Of a stretch of DNA of 64,000 nucleotides, positions 62,044 through 64,000 are shown piece after piece; the stretch's first letter is position 1, and every line of letters starts with the position of its first letter. The translations under genes and the position numbers were made by a program. A model generated the notes under the pieces. That model searched no databases and was not told the origin of the DNA. It saw only the letters and a program-made list of their open reading frames with translations. The DNA is from a virus. The DNA is taken from IMG/VR virus record IMGVR_UViG_3300036770_006330; one strand, given 5' to 3'.

Positions 62044-63740
62044 TGGGAATATCAAACTCTCGCACCCCACGCGTTGCCACGGAATATGGCGTATGTTCTG
62101 GCGGTACGGAAACTGATATCACCGTTGCTGGTGTCGGCTACAAGTTGCATACCTTCACGGCGACTGGTTCGCTCGTCGTCACCACCCCTGGGTGGTTTGA
62201 TGTATTACTTGTGGGCGGAGGAATGGGTGGGACTGGCTCACAAGACCCAAGCGGGGGTCTGACTGGCGGCGGTGGGGGTGGTGGCTCTGGAAGAGTCGTG
62301 CAAGGGACAATATATTTGAGTTCAAACATCACTGTGACTGTTGGTGGTGGTGGTTCTGCAGGAGCAACTGGTTCGTTTGGTGGAAGGGGAACATCGTCTT
62401 CAATCCCAACTAATCCGATAAACCCACTAGTAGCAGACCCAGCGACCTTAACTGGTTCTGCCATAAACGGAATTCGTAGTGGTGGAACCTCTGCAAGTGA
62501 AAATGCTGGTGGAGGCGGCACAAGCAATTATCATGCCGCAGGCGGCGGTGGTGGTCATGGCGGAACTGGTAGCACAAACCCAACAGCCAATAATGGAGGC
62601 GCTGGAGGTCTTGGCGTTGAAATAAATTCTTTTATTGGCGGAACAGCATCAAGCACATTTGTTGCTGGCGGTGGCGGTGGGGGCGCAGGGGCTAGTGGTG
62701 GTAGCGGAACTGGAGGCGCTGGAGGTTCGTCTGTAGGGGGCGCTGGCGGCGCAACAAACGCAAATGGCTCAAGTGCTACAGCCAACACTGGAAGCGGCGG
62801 TGGAGGCGGTGGAAACGGTTCGGGGAGAACTGGCGGTGCAGGCGGTTCAGGAATCGTCTACATCCGTCGTCGAGTCTCTGGTTCTGCTGTAGGAACACTG
62901 ACGTATCAACCAGTTTTGACTGGAATTGATTATTTGGTTATTGCTGGCGGAGGCGGCGGTGGCTCATCTACGGACGCCCTGAACACTGGTGGTGGTGGAG
63001 GTGCCGGCGGATACAGAACGTCTACTGGCACTTCTGGCGGTAATAGCCCTGCGGAGCAATCACTAATTTTCCTCGCAGGAACAAGTCATGCAGTGACGGT
63101 TGGTTCTGGTGGCGCCGCTGGCGTCAATGGCAGCAATTCAATATTTTCAACAATCACAGCAGATGGTGGTGGCAAGGGGGGTAATGCCAACAATGGCACT
63201 GGCTCAAACGGTGGTTCTGGCGGTGGTGGCGCAGGAGCGTCTGGCGTTGGCGGAGCCGCTTCGACGAATCAAGGCTTCGGTGGAGGAACTTCTGGTGGCA
63301 GAATTGGTGGTGGCGGTGGTGGTGCGGGTGAATCGGGTCAAACAGTTGGCGCGACTGTTGCAAATGGCGCAAGGGGAGGCAATGGTTTAGCCAGTTTAAT
63401 TACTGGGTCATCTGTCACTCGTGCTGGCGGTGGCGGTTCTGGTTCGGCAACTGATGTATTCGTTGGAGGCGCTGGAGGCTCGGGCGGCGGAGGCAAAGGA
63501 GGCGACAACGGTGTCAATAATGCAGGTTCGGGAACTGCGAATACGGGCGGCGGTGGCGGTGGTTCTGCCGACAATTCCGCCTTCACCCCAGGAGCAGGAG
63601 GTTCAGGTGTAGTCATTATCCGCTACCCAACATCAAATGCAATAGGTCTCTCCGTTACTGGTGGAACAATCACCACATCCGGCTCGTACACAATTCACAC
63701 ATTCAACGCATCTGGCACTTTCTCGGTGGCACGGGCATGA
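62043..63740 (+). CDS. glycine-rich virion protein with two Gly-rich domains
   Basis: TAATG coupling; two ...GGSG.V.IR. units. Confidence 0.78.
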   Translation: MGISNSRTPRVATEYGVCSGGTETDITVAGVGYKLHTFTATGSLVVTTPGWFDVLLVGGGMGGTGSQDPSGGLTGGGGGGGSGRVVQGTIYLSSNITVTVGGGGSAGATGSFGGRGTSSSIPTNPINPLVADPATLTGSAINGIRSGGTSASENAGGGGTSNYHAAGGGGGHGGTGSTNPTANNGGAGGLGVEINSFIGGTASSTFVAGGGGGGAGASGGSGTGGAGGSSVGGAGGATNANGSSATANTGSGGGGGGNGSGRTGGAGGSGIVYIRRRVSGSAVGTLTYQPVLTGIDYLVIAGGGGGGSSTDALNTGGGGGAGGYRTSTGTSGGNSPAEQSLIFLAGTSHAVTVGSGGAAGVNGSNSIFSTITADGGGKGGNANNGTGSNGGSGGGGAGASGVGGAASTNQGFGGGTSGGRIGGGGGGAGESGQTVGATVANGARGGNGLASLITGSSVTRAGGGGSGSATDVFVGGAGGSGGGGKGGDNGVNNAGSGTANTGGGGGGSADNSAFTPGAGGSGVVIIRYPTSNAIGLSVTGGTITTSGSYTIHTFNASGTFSVARA

Positions 63741-63769
63741 AATCGTTTATTATGGAAGCGGAGTAAATC

Positions 63770-64000
63770 ATGCCTTTTTCTTCCGTTCTTGGTGCAAATT
63801 CCGTGGTTAAGCCTGGCGTCTGCACGTCCTCGACCCGCCCAACAGTTCCTTATACAGGGCAACTCATTTATGAAACTGATACGAACAGGCTTGTTGCATG
63901 GAACGGAAGTGCGTGGGTGCATACGGCGCCTAGTGGACTTGTGCCTATCGCCCCAACTTCAGTTGGCAAAACTGGCACAAGCAGTACCGCAACAGCAAGT
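63770..64000 (+). CDS. virion protein, partial (runs off the window)
   Basis: MPFSSVLGA...CTSSTRP..PY.GQLIYETDT, same module as in 57794-59158. Confidence 0.7.
   Translation, partial: MPFSSVLGANSVVKPGVCTSSTRPTVPYTGQLIYETDTNRLVAWNGSAWVHTAPSGLVPIAPTSVGKTGTSSTATAS

Noticed and set aside
51769-63740. Diversity-generating retroelement or invertible tail-fibre shufflon
   Set aside because: No reverse transcriptase or invertase, and no adenine-specific TR/VR pair noticed; repeats are conserved at protein level only

Overview
A 64-kb segment of a large dsDNA tailed bacteriophage genome. The host is most likely an Actinomycetota (WhiB gene, actinobacterial-type SSB, many leaderless SigA-type promoters). 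Layout: (1) 1-4.5 kb: tRNA-Ile(UAU), a PAPS-reductase-family gene and a two-HARP-domain SNF2 (SMARCAL1-like) ATPase. (2) About 4.5-27 kb: an early/accessory region of small hypothetical genes, a MoxR-like AAA+/vWA pair and a putative replication module. (3) 27-36 kb: WhiB, HslV-like protease, metallophosphoesterase, 2OG-Fe(II) dioxygenase, thyX, six more tRNAs, SLT, ssb and a thermonuclease. (4) 36-49 kb: lysis genes, a 1310-aa mucin-like membrane protein and a glycosyl-/methyltransferase cluster. (5) 49-64 kb: tail-fibre and Gly-rich virion proteins. The most striking unexplained structure is in region 2. It holds 20 copies of an asymmetric 15-mer, RACGGTGGYGKAWGA, all on the + strand regardless of gene direction. 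In 4.5-17 kb they punctuate a regular cassette-like array: GC-rich spacer, motif, terminator, small gene(s), own SigA promoter, often a CRP-like box. The genes of this region are almost free of 4-bp restriction palindromes, while the motif-adjacent spacers are rich in them. I also saw no GATC anywhere in the window. All counts were made by eye and need computational confirmation.
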